IMG/VR virus record: IMGVR_UViG_3300047282_000552
Location: 1-42,211 of that record
Source of the DNA: a virus
Lineage: Duplodnaviria; Caudoviricetes
Reading direction: 5' to 3' (one strand)
Length of the DNA stretch: 42,211 nt
Shown here: positions 10,801-19,206 of the stretch, in pieces
How positions within the stretch are numbered: position 1 is the stretch's first letter
Layout of the letters: each line of letters opens with the position of its first letter
Notes under the pieces: generated by a model
What the model saw: only the letters and a program-made list of their open reading frames with translations
What the model was told of the DNA's origin: nothing
Databases searched by the model: none
Position numbers and translations under genes: made by a program

Positions 10801-11015
10801 TTTGTGGATTACCTCGTCCTAACTTCTTAGTAATAGATGAAGGGTTTGGAACATTGGATGCGGATAATCTAGCATCTCTGTTTATGATGATGCAATATCT
10901 TAAAACTCAATTTGATTTCATTTGGGTTATTTCCCACTTAGAGCAGATGAGAGATATAGTGGATGGATTAATTGAAATTAAAAAAGAAAACGGTTTCTCT
11001 AAAATTAATTTTTAG
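7863..11015 (+). CDS. Fused Mre11/SbcD nuclease - Rad50/SbcC ATPase (T4 gp47+gp46-like)
   Basis: Metallophosphoesterase motifs DIH, GD, GNHD, HG, GDIH. Then Walker A APNAAGKSS, Q-loop SLQG, coiled coil with CKFC zinc hook, signature SGMEK, Walker B/D-loop LVIDEGFGTLD and H-loop ISH. Confidence 0.92.
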   Translation: MKLKRIYHIADIHIRNVKRHKEYRGVFEKMFEEIRKRGTEDSIIYLAGDIAHAKLEMSPELVKEISWLFTECTNHCPTILIAGNHDCNMNNQDRLDVLSPIVEALNLPNFTYLKDTSVHWVDGVAFSVFSIFDNKDNWVMADDFGLQSARLKVALFHGPVDHSQTDVGYVVSSRHFTTELFDGFDLALLGDIHKRQELISPKGCKCVYAGSLVQQNFGETLDKHGFLVWDLETLTYEEVDIQNDYGYYTMDIIAGVVPDVTDLPLYPRLRVRFSDTDAADTKRAITEIKMKYGVEDFTTIRTDSLAKKKTGDRDSKLELDDITDVTYQNSLITDYIQRMMPFVTDEEIAGIQSLNKDINSRIIADELTRNVKWKPVRFEFSNMFSYGEDNVINFDKVNGLMGLFAPNAAGKSSLFDAISFCLFDKCSRAFKAANIMNNRKSDFHCQLDFEVEGVEYHIRREARTINKGRNVKVDVQFWRVVDGVSESLNGTERRDTNQVIEGYVGRYEDFVLTALSLQGNNTLFIDKSQSERKDLLAQFMGLDIFDKLYEMGAEEIKEVAVLIKNFKRTDFTSELATKESDLKVKKDELDELNKTLKSHNTEKEKIQNHISDLKESLIPIDTNLDINLLNDSRRTIERKIESNDSDKKTKETKINEFIGVLNEVSQSISNNDTVNGLPIDEAKKEWDLAKGKLAEVQTQIDKLESQYERNLEKLKHLEQHEYDPNCKFCMNNVFVKDAIQTKEIVKTQESQLETLNIAHHALIKATEPFSEVEDVWTKLVDLRNKYHKGVVLKEKTEAELKGLETQSELLKTQLDGVDSDVVRYNENIATINKNTAINQEIRVLETDKKRVESEIANVNKKVLTLTGEIGSIESYINGTKAKIQEVKDLEKKNDLYTYYLDAVKKDGVPYELISKAMPVIESEVNNILAQVVDFSLSMDTDGKNINARIVYEDQEWNLEMCSGMEKFISGLAIRVALINICGLPRPNFLVIDEGFGTLDADNLASLFMMMQYLKTQFDFIWVISHLEQMRDIVDGLIEIKKENGFSKINF

Positions 11016-11181
11016 GATTAACCGGTAATATATTTTTAGGTAGAGGTTTCTTTGAAGCTTCTACCTTTTCTTTTATAAGGGTTTCTACCAACCCATTTAT
11101 TTTATATCCTTTTTCTTTACAAAATTCCTTTAATAATTGATGTATTTCGGCATCAATTTGTATCATAGCGTATTTTTTCAT
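11005..11181 (-). CDS. Small ribbon-helix-helix (Arc/CopG-like) DNA-binding protein, 58 aa, not in the ORF track
   Basis: Manual translation: MKKYAMIQIDAEIHQLLKEFCKEKGYKINGLVETLIKEKVEASKKPLPKNILPVNPKN*. The alternating beta strand, helix, KG turn and second helix pattern is typical of RHH proteins. Confidence 0.75.
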   Translation of the reverse strand: MKKYAMIQIDAEIHQLLKEFCKEKGYKINGLVETLIKEKVEASKKPLPKNILPVNPKN

Positions 11182-11187
11182 ATATAA

Positions 11188-11217
11188 CTTTAGATTTCTT
11201 TATTATTCTTTAGATTT
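11188..11217. repeat. Three phased 10-bp direct repeats, putative operator
   Basis: CTTTAGATTT CTTTATTATT CTTTAGATTT, immediately upstream of the RHH start codon. Confidence 0.6.
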
Positions 11218-11241
11218 TCATACTGATAATAATTATTAGAA

Positions 11242-11249
11242 ATATTTAT
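11242..11249 (+). promoter_or_regulatory. Late-promoter-like motif ATATTTAT
   Basis: 28 nt upstream of the ATG of the 2481-aa gene. Confidence 0.55.
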
Positions 11250-11277
11250 TTTATATCAATAGAAAATAATTCCCTTA

Positions 11278-14200
11278 ATGCCTAGAATTAAAAAATACGC
11301 AGATGGTCAGAAAAGTAATCTTAATGAAGTAGTAAAATTAAGTTCTTTTCAAACATACATCATAGATGATAGTCCAAATTCAACTTATTTTAAAGTAACT
11401 GAATTTAAAGATACTTTTACAGGTGGTAAAAATGGATTTTTAATTGAAGGTACTCAGCATCTAAAAGAATCAACTGAAATAAAAATACAAATTTTAGATG
11501 TTGATGGTAATCCTGTTTATTATGAACCAGGAAATGGTGTTCCAGAATATTATGAGGGTGCATCAAAACTTATAGCTGTTTATGTATATGAAGATACACC
11601 TATTGGAGAAGCGAATATTACAATATTAGGCGAGTTAAAAACTTATATAGATGAAAGTGGTAATACACTTCCAATTCCAGATGAATGGAAAAACGTTTAT
11701 AATGTAAAGTGGGAAAAACGATTTAAAATAAATAAACTATTATCTAACGAAGATAAAGTAAGATTTTATAGAAGACCACAAGTTTCAATAAACGAAATAG
11801 TAAAACCTATTTATTCGAACATTGTTTCTAACATTACAAAGAAAGGAACCGTAGATGGATTTGCACAAGTACCGGAAGCTGGTGTAAAATTAACTGATTT
11901 TTCTAACCCAACAAATTATTTAATTCAAATAAATGATGGCGGGGCTTGGACAGGTTCAGTAGTGGGTACAACAATTCAATTTGCAGATTTAGGATTTTCT
12001 TCTATTGCATCAGATGTCATAAATAAAACCGATTTATACATCCAAACTCCTTATACCGTTAATGGTATAGTTTCTGATTTTTCTAATCAAGGATATACAG
12101 CATCATTTAATTATATTGAAGGATTAGATAATTTAAAAACAGCACTTACAGGTTCATTTGCAAAAATAACATTATCGGATTTAACAACATTTGTTGGAGA
12201 TGTTGCTAGAGTAAAGATATTTAGAAAATCACAATCAGACCTCTCCGATTATCAATTTATTCAGGAAATACAATTAGAATCTAATGAAGTTTTAAGAGAT
12301 TTAGAAACTACAACAAAAAATGAAGAATATTATGGTGGTTTTGACCTTTATAAAAATTACTGGTTAACTTCATCTAATAATATCACAACACAATTTAATC
12401 AAAATTATTTATACAATTCTGTAAAGTTAAATAGTTCAACAACAAATTTATTTTTTACATCTAAATCTTTAGATATAAGTCCAAATACGGAATATAGTTT
12501 AACATTTAACGCGAGAGTTGGTAGTCCTGCTAATACTTCTGATAGTTTAAAAGTTTATCTAAGTGGTTCAAGACAATCTACATTTAATAATGTAATTACA
12601 AGTGTAGGGACTACACAAAATATTCTTACATTAACATCGGATAATAGTTTACTTCAAAAATCTCAAATTAATGCAAACTTTAAAGCTGAAAATTTATCAA
12701 ATGTAAAATTAGTTTTTGAAGTTAAAGGAACTGATTGGTATATATCCGATGTTAGCCTAAGAGCTTCGCAAGAAACATCATTTTCTCCGGATGAAATAAC
12801 ATTTATTCAACCAATTCCGAGAACATTACCAAGAGAAACATTCGATTTCAGATTTCAATTTTATGATATAAACAATAATTACATACCTGTAATTGTTGAA
12901 GAAAGTAAAACTTTTGATGGTGGTAATCTGAATGTTATTAATAAAAATTTAGATTTAGTACCTTCAAATTTATATTTTCAATTTGATTCTGGTTCAGGAA
13001 ATGGTAATCCTGTACCACCTACAGTAATATCTATTGATGTAATTAAAAGTTATTTAACGGGTTCGGTAACATATACATCTCGTTCATATGACTTTTTTGG
13101 AAATGAATTGTCTTCATCTCAATATGTTGGTGGACAAATGCCAGGTCTTTTATTGAATAGAGAAACCGATTTAGTTACTCTCACTGTTAGTAACTTTACT
13201 GGTTCTAGAGAAGATATTATTGTACAATATATTGAATTTACAGGAGAGTGTGAGGGTGTAACTGATTCATTTGTAATTACGAGGGTAATTGATGGTAAGG
13301 GTGGTGTAAATTATGAAATTAGACCATATAGAGGAACTGTAATTAGAAATAATGACCCATCTGGTTCTTTAGAAGTACAGGCGGTAAGAATTGATGGTAT
13401 CAATGAGTTAAACATACGAAGTGGGTTACCATATGGACGTTCTAATAATAGATTATACGTTGCATCTGGTTCTTACTATGTAACTTTGACACAAGCGTCA
13501 GCTAGTGGATTTATTAAAGGGGTTTATCCTGGATTAACGGGTTCTGGTGAATTGGATTATAATGCCGTTTTCAATAGAGATTCAATAGATGGCCAAAGAA
13601 CAATTTATTTAATTGGTTCTGGTTCTGAACCAACTCCATCTCAACCAACATTAACGGCTTCAATATATACAACACTAACTCTTACTGACCTTTTGGATGG
13701 TTTAGATGCGGGATTTGTTGCATATGATGCCGATACATTTACAATTAATCCAAGACTTTCAAATACTTTTGCACCACCTTCTGCCAGTGCAACTGCATCT
13801 TTTTACAGAAGAGGTACAAACATCAATCCAATATCTGGATCTGTGATGGTTTATCCATCAATGTCAATTAACAAAGATTATGTTCCTGAATATTGGGTTT
13901 ACTATACAACACAAAGTTTTAATAGAGATATTACCGTTGTAGCAACTGATGATAATAATTTTATAATTCCATCAAAACCTTTTGGTCAATTTATAGGAAA
14001 TCCAATATCTCAAAGTAAAACTCTTACTATTAATTGGACTTACATCGAACCATACTCATCAGAATCGGTAAGTGTTAATAAAACATTTACAATAGTTCCT
14101 GAAGGAAAACCTGGAGATGAAAGTATTGTGTTTGAGATAATTCCTGCAAATGTAAACCTAAATGCAAATTCAAGAGGTATTGTAAATGATTATAAACCAT

Positions 14201-17200
14201 CTGCCGGAGAAATAAGATTAAAACAGGGTTCAAGATATCTTTTATTTACTGGTAGTAGGTTTCCAGGAACTTTCCATATTGCAACTGCATCAATTGTAGC
14301 AAATAATATTACTAAAGGTGATATAAGATTTGATAACAATTATACTGAATCACTTATTTTTAGTGCATCTTCAAATATGACTAATTTAAGTGGAAGTATT
14401 CAATTTCCTTTAGAAATACAACCATATTATACATCTTCGGTTTATACTGCGAGTGTTTACCAATATTTTACAAAAGTTTTGGATGGACCTCCACCGATTG
14501 AAATTATTATATCACCTCTTAATGCAACTATAAACGCAAATGAAATAGGATATGTTTCTGAATCTGCTTATAGAAGTGCTGATACTTCAATTAGGGTAAG
14601 GGAAGGAAATGATTTTTTAACTTTCACAACACAATCGGCAGCTCCTGGTACTTGGAGAATTACATTAGCAAGTGGAAGTAATATAGCAACACAATCATTA
14701 TCATCATCTTCATTTGATACGGCAACATTAAGGTTTAGAAAATTTGATGACCCATATGTATCTGCAAGTGTACTTTACAATATATTGGTTTATCCATATG
14801 CATTGGGTGCGGGACATCAATATACATCTTCTTTATATAGTAGAACACAAACGTTTACTAAAAATGTTGCACCACCAAATGCAAGAGCAGTATCATTATC
14901 CGCAACTTCTCAACTTGTAAATTTTGATAGAGATGGACAAGTTACATCTCCATTGGATGATATTACATTAACCGCTACAGCGTTTAATACAACCGGTTCG
15001 GTATATTATCAATTCTTCAAAGATGGTAGTCCAGAAACGGGTATTCAACTTTCAAACACATATACCGTTCCATCATACAATGCAACTTTGCCTGGTCAAA
15101 CTGCAACATGGAAAGTTACTATAAGGGATGGTAGTAATGCGGCTGCACAACCTATTAGAGCAGCCGCAGAAATTTCAATTGCAGGTGTAAAAACTGGAGC
15201 AGATGCATATTCATTCAATGCAACAAATGAAAATACTTCTATTACAGCAGACCTTTGGACAACTGAATTTTCTGGAAGTTCTATTCAGATAAGAGGATTT
15301 AAAGGGCCTGACCCATTAGAACATACATCCTCATATGTTCCATCTCAGGAAGTATATAACTATTTGGATGGAACTTTCTTAGGAAACTTAGGATACTATT
15401 CTGCATCAATATTTACATCATCTTCATTTGTGGGTGTGAGTGGAAGTAAATTTCCACCATCTAACCCCGCAACTTTGCCTGATTTAAGAAGTTGGTACGC
15501 ACCGGCTATTAACAAATCTGGACAAGTTATTTATAAAATTGATTTTGAAAACGCAAAACAAGTTTCTTATGTAACTCAATCAATTGCAGTACAATTTACT
15601 CCGCCTGCACCTTATAGTGCAAATTTATCCAGTGAAAATGGTGGAATAATGTATAGAGTTTCTGGCGAATTAGAATTTGACCTATCTACAACTACTATAA
15701 GAGTTTTTAGAGGTGATTTAGAATTAACAAACGTTTCATCATTTAGTGGTGGTAAGTTAGATGCTTATGGTAATCTCGGCTATCCAAATCAATGTAGAGT
15801 AAGTATTTTATCATACTCCGGACATTTAACTTTAGCCGGCGGATTAACCGCAGGTTCGCACGTTTCCGGAACACCAGCATCATTTGCAGGTATAACTGGA
15901 TGGTCTAGTCCCGAAACAATTGCATCAGGGGAGATTGTATTCCAAATTGATTGTGAGGGTAGAGAAACTCTTTACAAAACCTTATCGTTATCGGTAGTAT
16001 ATGAGGGTAATACTGGACCGGGTATTGTAATGAGGGGTGTTTGGAGCTCAACAACAGATTATATTGCAGAAATTGCAAATCAAAGAAGGGATGCGGTAAT
16101 TTGGCCAGACCCAGCAACAGTAAATAAAGACACTCACTATTGGGCGGCAATAACGGGTAGTGGACCTGGAACACCGGTAGGCCCACAACAACCCGATGGT
16201 ACAGTTCCATACACGGATACTGCATATTGGCAGTATTTGGGACAAGAAGAATTTTTTGTAGCAGCACAAATAGCCATATTCCAAGAATCATATGTTAAAA
16301 ATACGCTTAATGTTGGTACTAAAGATGGTACTGGTGCATTTGCAAATATTGTAATTGCTGGTGGTAGAACTGACCCATATATTGCAATAGGACAAACAGG
16401 AACACAGGGAACTCAAGGAACTGGAGTTTCAATTGGTGGTGCCGGAGTTATTGGGTATAATAGACCTGGTATATTCTTAGGAGTATATGAAGATGGTGCG
16501 AATGGTACAACAGGCCGTTTCTCAATTAAAACAACTGGTACATCTGGAAAAGGAATGTATTGGGATGGTGACCAATTAACAATAGTTGGTTCAATTAGAC
16601 AAAGGCAACCTGGTATACCTGAAGGAAGTTATAGAGGTGTTTGGGCACCTGCAACAGCTTATTATCCTGATGATACTGTAAGATATGGTGTTTCAACTTA
16701 TATAAATTCAAATACACATACATCAACTAATGATAATAATGTAAATACCGGCTATCCGCCAGATGCAACAAATACTTGGGCAGTTTCAGCTGCGGCAGGC
16801 ACATCTGGAACAACTGGTACATCTGGAACAACTGGAACGGCCGGCACAACTGGAACTGCAGGTGGGCCTGGACCTGGTGTTGTTTATAGAGGATTGTTTG
16901 CGGGTAATAATAATTACTTTCACACAACCGAAAGAAAAGATATTGTAAAATATGGAAGTAACTATTATTTAACAAATAATACTGGTCTTAACGGAAGTGC
17001 GGGTACAGCTGGTTCTGGATTGTTTTGGAATTTTCCTGGAGGTGGTAACACGAATTGGACTACATTTGGAGCTCAATTTAGTTCTGTAGCAACTGATGTA
17101 CTTTTTGCGGTAGAACAATATGTTGATAAAACAATTAATATTGGTGCAAGGGGTGGAAACGCATTGATTACTTTAAATGCAAATGAAAGTGGTTCAAACG

Positions 17201-18723
17201 CAAATCCATACATTTCAATAGGACAGATAAGTTCTAGTATATTCAATGGGTGGGTAACCGAATCCCAAGTTCAAGGATTTAATAATAATGGTATTTTTAT
17301 GGGATTTGACCAAACTATACCAAAAGTATCTATGATTGGTGTATCTGGTTCTTTGGTTTGGAATGGTGAAGATTTATCAATAAAAGGTTCAATTAATACA
17401 AATAATGGACAAATTGGTGGATGGACAATTTCACCTGGATCAATCATTTCCTCTAATCAAAATATTCAATTATATTCAGAACCATCAGAATCTATTTCGG
17501 TATTTGATGATGAAGGTCAATTAAGATTTTTAGCTTCTACGAAAAAAACATTACCGGACCCAATCGGTGTAGGTTATTCAAATGCAACTATTGGTACATT
17601 TACCACATCATCTACACAAACAAATGGTGTACCAAATGATGGTACTTATGACCCATATTATGGTGGTACTGTTGCATATGATTATTATATACAACCTTCT
17701 TCTAATGGCTCATTTACGGCTACGGTATCAGGAGTTCATATAATTACAGTCAATTTTCCTTTTGATTATGGTAATTATGTTCAAGCGAATGGTTCAGCGG
17801 ATGGATTCATCACCGCACGTTTAAGATTATCTAAAACTGGATACTGGCCACAAAACTTCACCGAATATGTAGCAGATTCAAATGCTGTTCAAGCATATGC
17901 GCAAGGTACGGTAAACACTTATTGGGAATGGAATGGATTTCAATGGACACAATCATATTATGCAAGTGGACAAACTTCATATCTACCGGCAGCAAAAATG
18001 ACAATAATAGCAGAATTACAATCTGGAGTAACATATTATTTGACATATGTAGGATATGCATACGCCCATTCGCAAGATACATCTGATTCAAATAATTATC
18101 CACCTTATGGATTTAATTCCACGGTTTATACTGCATTAAATAATTCAGCATCAAGAACGGTGACTATTAAAACTTTATCGGCTGGTACTGTAATAAACGG
18201 AGGTGGATTCCAATCGGTTATAGATGATGCTGCGTATTTAAGAGTAACTTCTGGTACTAGTGGTTCTTATAATTTTTCAACCGAAATTACTGGTAGTTTA
18301 ATGGTTGATAGAGCTATATCCAAATTTAGTAATGGATATGGATACCCACCGGCAGTAAAGGCGTTTGGTACTGTGAGATATAACGGAACGGCTTCTAATA
18401 ATGCTGCAAATTATACTATATTAAATCGTTATAATATTAGTAGTACTTTGAGTTTAGATACATTTAATAGATATGTTATAACATTTACCAATCCTTTGGA
18501 TACTACGGATTATATCATTTTATTTACAATATCAAACATAACATATTCTTCAAATGAAATTGGTAATATAGCCACAATTACAGGAAAAAGTACCACTGGT
18601 TTTAATTTTAGAATAGAAAGACCTAGTCATCAGAGTCCGGGTATTGTAACAACATGGATAGGTGGTAACTTAAGCTTAACCGCAGCAACTGAATTTGTTG
18701 ATTTTGTAGTATTATCAAGATAA
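11278..18723 (+). CDS. Very large tail fibre/host-specificity protein (2481 aa)
   Basis: Beta-rich Ig-like repeats separated by DG/EGKPG linkers, YRGxW modules and a short Gly-X-Thr collagen-like tract. It also has a GQIGGWTI motif and a C-terminal VKAF...YVITFTNPL domain typical of fibre tips, and is followed by a chaperone-like gene. Confidence 0.75.
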   Translation: MPRIKKYADGQKSNLNEVVKLSSFQTYIIDDSPNSTYFKVTEFKDTFTGGKNGFLIEGTQHLKESTEIKIQILDVDGNPVYYEPGNGVPEYYEGASKLIAVYVYEDTPIGEANITILGELKTYIDESGNTLPIPDEWKNVYNVKWEKRFKINKLLSNEDKVRFYRRPQVSINEIVKPIYSNIVSNITKKGTVDGFAQVPEAGVKLTDFSNPTNYLIQINDGGAWTGSVVGTTIQFADLGFSSIASDVINKTDLYIQTPYTVNGIVSDFSNQGYTASFNYIEGLDNLKTALTGSFAKITLSDLTTFVGDVARVKIFRKSQSDLSDYQFIQEIQLESNEVLRDLETTTKNEEYYGGFDLYKNYWLTSSNNITTQFNQNYLYNSVKLNSSTTNLFFTSKSLDISPNTEYSLTFNARVGSPANTSDSLKVYLSGSRQSTFNNVITSVGTTQNILTLTSDNSLLQKSQINANFKAENLSNVKLVFEVKGTDWYISDVSLRASQETSFSPDEITFIQPIPRTLPRETFDFRFQFYDINNNYIPVIVEESKTFDGGNLNVINKNLDLVPSNLYFQFDSGSGNGNPVPPTVISIDVIKSYLTGSVTYTSRSYDFFGNELSSSQYVGGQMPGLLLNRETDLVTLTVSNFTGSREDIIVQYIEFTGECEGVTDSFVITRVIDGKGGVNYEIRPYRGTVIRNNDPSGSLEVQAVRIDGINELNIRSGLPYGRSNNRLYVASGSYYVTLTQASASGFIKGVYPGLTGSGELDYNAVFNRDSIDGQRTIYLIGSGSEPTPSQPTLTASIYTTLTLTDLLDGLDAGFVAYDADTFTINPRLSNTFAPPSASATASFYRRGTNINPISGSVMVYPSMSINKDYVPEYWVYYTTQSFNRDITVVATDDNNFIIPSKPFGQFIGNPISQSKTLTINWTYIEPYSSESVSVNKTFTIVPEGKPGDESIVFEIIPANVNLNANSRGIVNDYKPSAGEIRLKQGSRYLLFTGSRFPGTFHIATASIVANNITKGDIRFDNNYTESLIFSASSNMTNLSGSIQFPLEIQPYYTSSVYTASVYQYFTKVLDGPPPIEIIISPLNATINANEIGYVSESAYRSADTSIRVREGNDFLTFTTQSAAPGTWRITLASGSNIATQSLSSSSFDTATLRFRKFDDPYVSASVLYNILVYPYALGAGHQYTSSLYSRTQTFTKNVAPPNARAVSLSATSQLVNFDRDGQVTSPLDDITLTATAFNTTGSVYYQFFKDGSPETGIQLSNTYTVPSYNATLPGQTATWKVTIRDGSNAAAQPIRAAAEISIAGVKTGADAYSFNATNENTSITADLWTTEFSGSSIQIRGFKGPDPLEHTSSYVPSQEVYNYLDGTFLGNLGYYSASIFTSSSFVGVSGSKFPPSNPATLPDLRSWYAPAINKSGQVIYKIDFENAKQVSYVTQSIAVQFTPPAPYSANLSSENGGIMYRVSGELEFDLSTTTIRVFRGDLELTNVSSFSGGKLDAYGNLGYPNQCRVSILSYSGHLTLAGGLTAGSHVSGTPASFAGITGWSSPETIASGEIVFQIDCEGRETLYKTLSLSVVYEGNTGPGIVMRGVWSSTTDYIAEIANQRRDAVIWPDPATVNKDTHYWAAITGSGPGTPVGPQQPDGTVPYTDTAYWQYLGQEEFFVAAQIAIFQESYVKNTLNVGTKDGTGAFANIVIAGGRTDPYIAIGQTGTQGTQGTGVSIGGAGVIGYNRPGIFLGVYEDGANGTTGRFSIKTTGTSGKGMYWDGDQLTIVGSIRQRQPGIPEGSYRGVWAPATAYYPDDTVRYGVSTYINSNTHTSTNDNNVNTGYPPDATNTWAVSAAAGTSGTTGTSGTTGTAGTTGTAGGPGPGVVYRGLFAGNNNYFHTTERKDIVKYGSNYYLTNNTGLNGSAGTAGSGLFWNFPGGGNTNWTTFGAQFSSVATDVLFAVEQYVDKTINIGARGGNALITLNANESGSNANPYISIGQISSSIFNGWVTESQVQGFNNNGIFMGFDQTIPKVSMIGVSGSLVWNGEDLSIKGSINTNNGQIGGWTISPGSIISSNQNIQLYSEPSESISVFDDEGQLRFLASTKKTLPDPIGVGYSNATIGTFTTSSTQTNGVPNDGTYDPYYGGTVAYDYYIQPSSNGSFTATVSGVHIITVNFPFDYGNYVQANGSADGFITARLRLSKTGYWPQNFTEYVADSNAVQAYAQGTVNTYWEWNGFQWTQSYYASGQTSYLPAAKMTIIAELQSGVTYYLTYVGYAYAHSQDTSDSNNYPPYGFNSTVYTALNNSASRTVTIKTLSAGTVINGGGFQSVIDDAAYLRVTSGTSGSYNFSTEITGSLMVDRAISKFSNGYGYPPAVKAFGTVRYNGTASNNAANYTILNRYNISSTLSLDTFNRYVITFTNPLDTTDYIILFTISNITYSSNEIGNIATITGKSTTGFNFRIERPSHQSPGIVTTWIGGNLSLTAATEFVDFVVLSR
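16798..16878 (+). repeat. Collagen-like Gly-X-Y tract (GTSGTTGTSGTTGTAGTTGTAGGPGPG)
   Basis: 9/18-bp periodic DNA (acatctggaacaactgg twice) inside the fibre gene. Confidence 0.8.
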
Positions 18724-18737
18724 AAAATAAATAATTT

Positions 18738-19196
18738 ATGAAACCAAAATTAATTATAAGTGAAAAAAATGGAAACATTAGGTGGACATCCCCAAATGAA
18801 GAAACTATTGATTTTGTAACCAAACAAGCAATATCATCAGATTCAAATTATGTTTTTATGTACGATGACTCCGAAATTGATTATTCATTTGCTTTTTGTT
18901 ATGATTTTAATTTTAATGATGAAAATGGTTCAACTGCAATTCCATCTTTAAATTTAGAAAAGGCAAAAGAATTATTTTTAAATTATTTGAGATACAAAAG
19001 AAATGAATTATTTCCTGATTTAGATTTACAATATATGAGGGTATTGGAAACTGGAAATCAAACATTAATTCAAGAAATAGTTACAAAAAAACAACAACTA
19101 AGAGATTTGACAAATATTGATTTTTCAGATGTAACAAATCCTGTTCAAATAAGAGAAAAATGGCCAACTGAAATATTAGGCCAAATACCTTTTTAA
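18738..19196 (+). CDS. Tail fibre assembly chaperone-like protein
   Basis: LEKAKE...RxxRNxLxxxLD...KQQLRDL...WP motif; located directly after the fibre gene. Confidence 0.7.
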   Translation: MKPKLIISEKNGNIRWTSPNEETIDFVTKQAISSDSNYVFMYDDSEIDYSFAFCYDFNFNDENGSTAIPSLNLEKAKELFLNYLRYKRNELFPDLDLQYMRVLETGNQTLIQEIVTKKQQLRDLTNIDFSDVTNPVQIREKWPTEILGQIPF

Positions 19197-19206
19197 TTAA
19201 TAATAA

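Noticed and set aside
17500-18723. Diversity-generating retroelement target at the fibre tip
   Set aside because: No reverse transcriptase and no near-identical template repeat seen in this window; one elsewhere in the genome cannot be excluded
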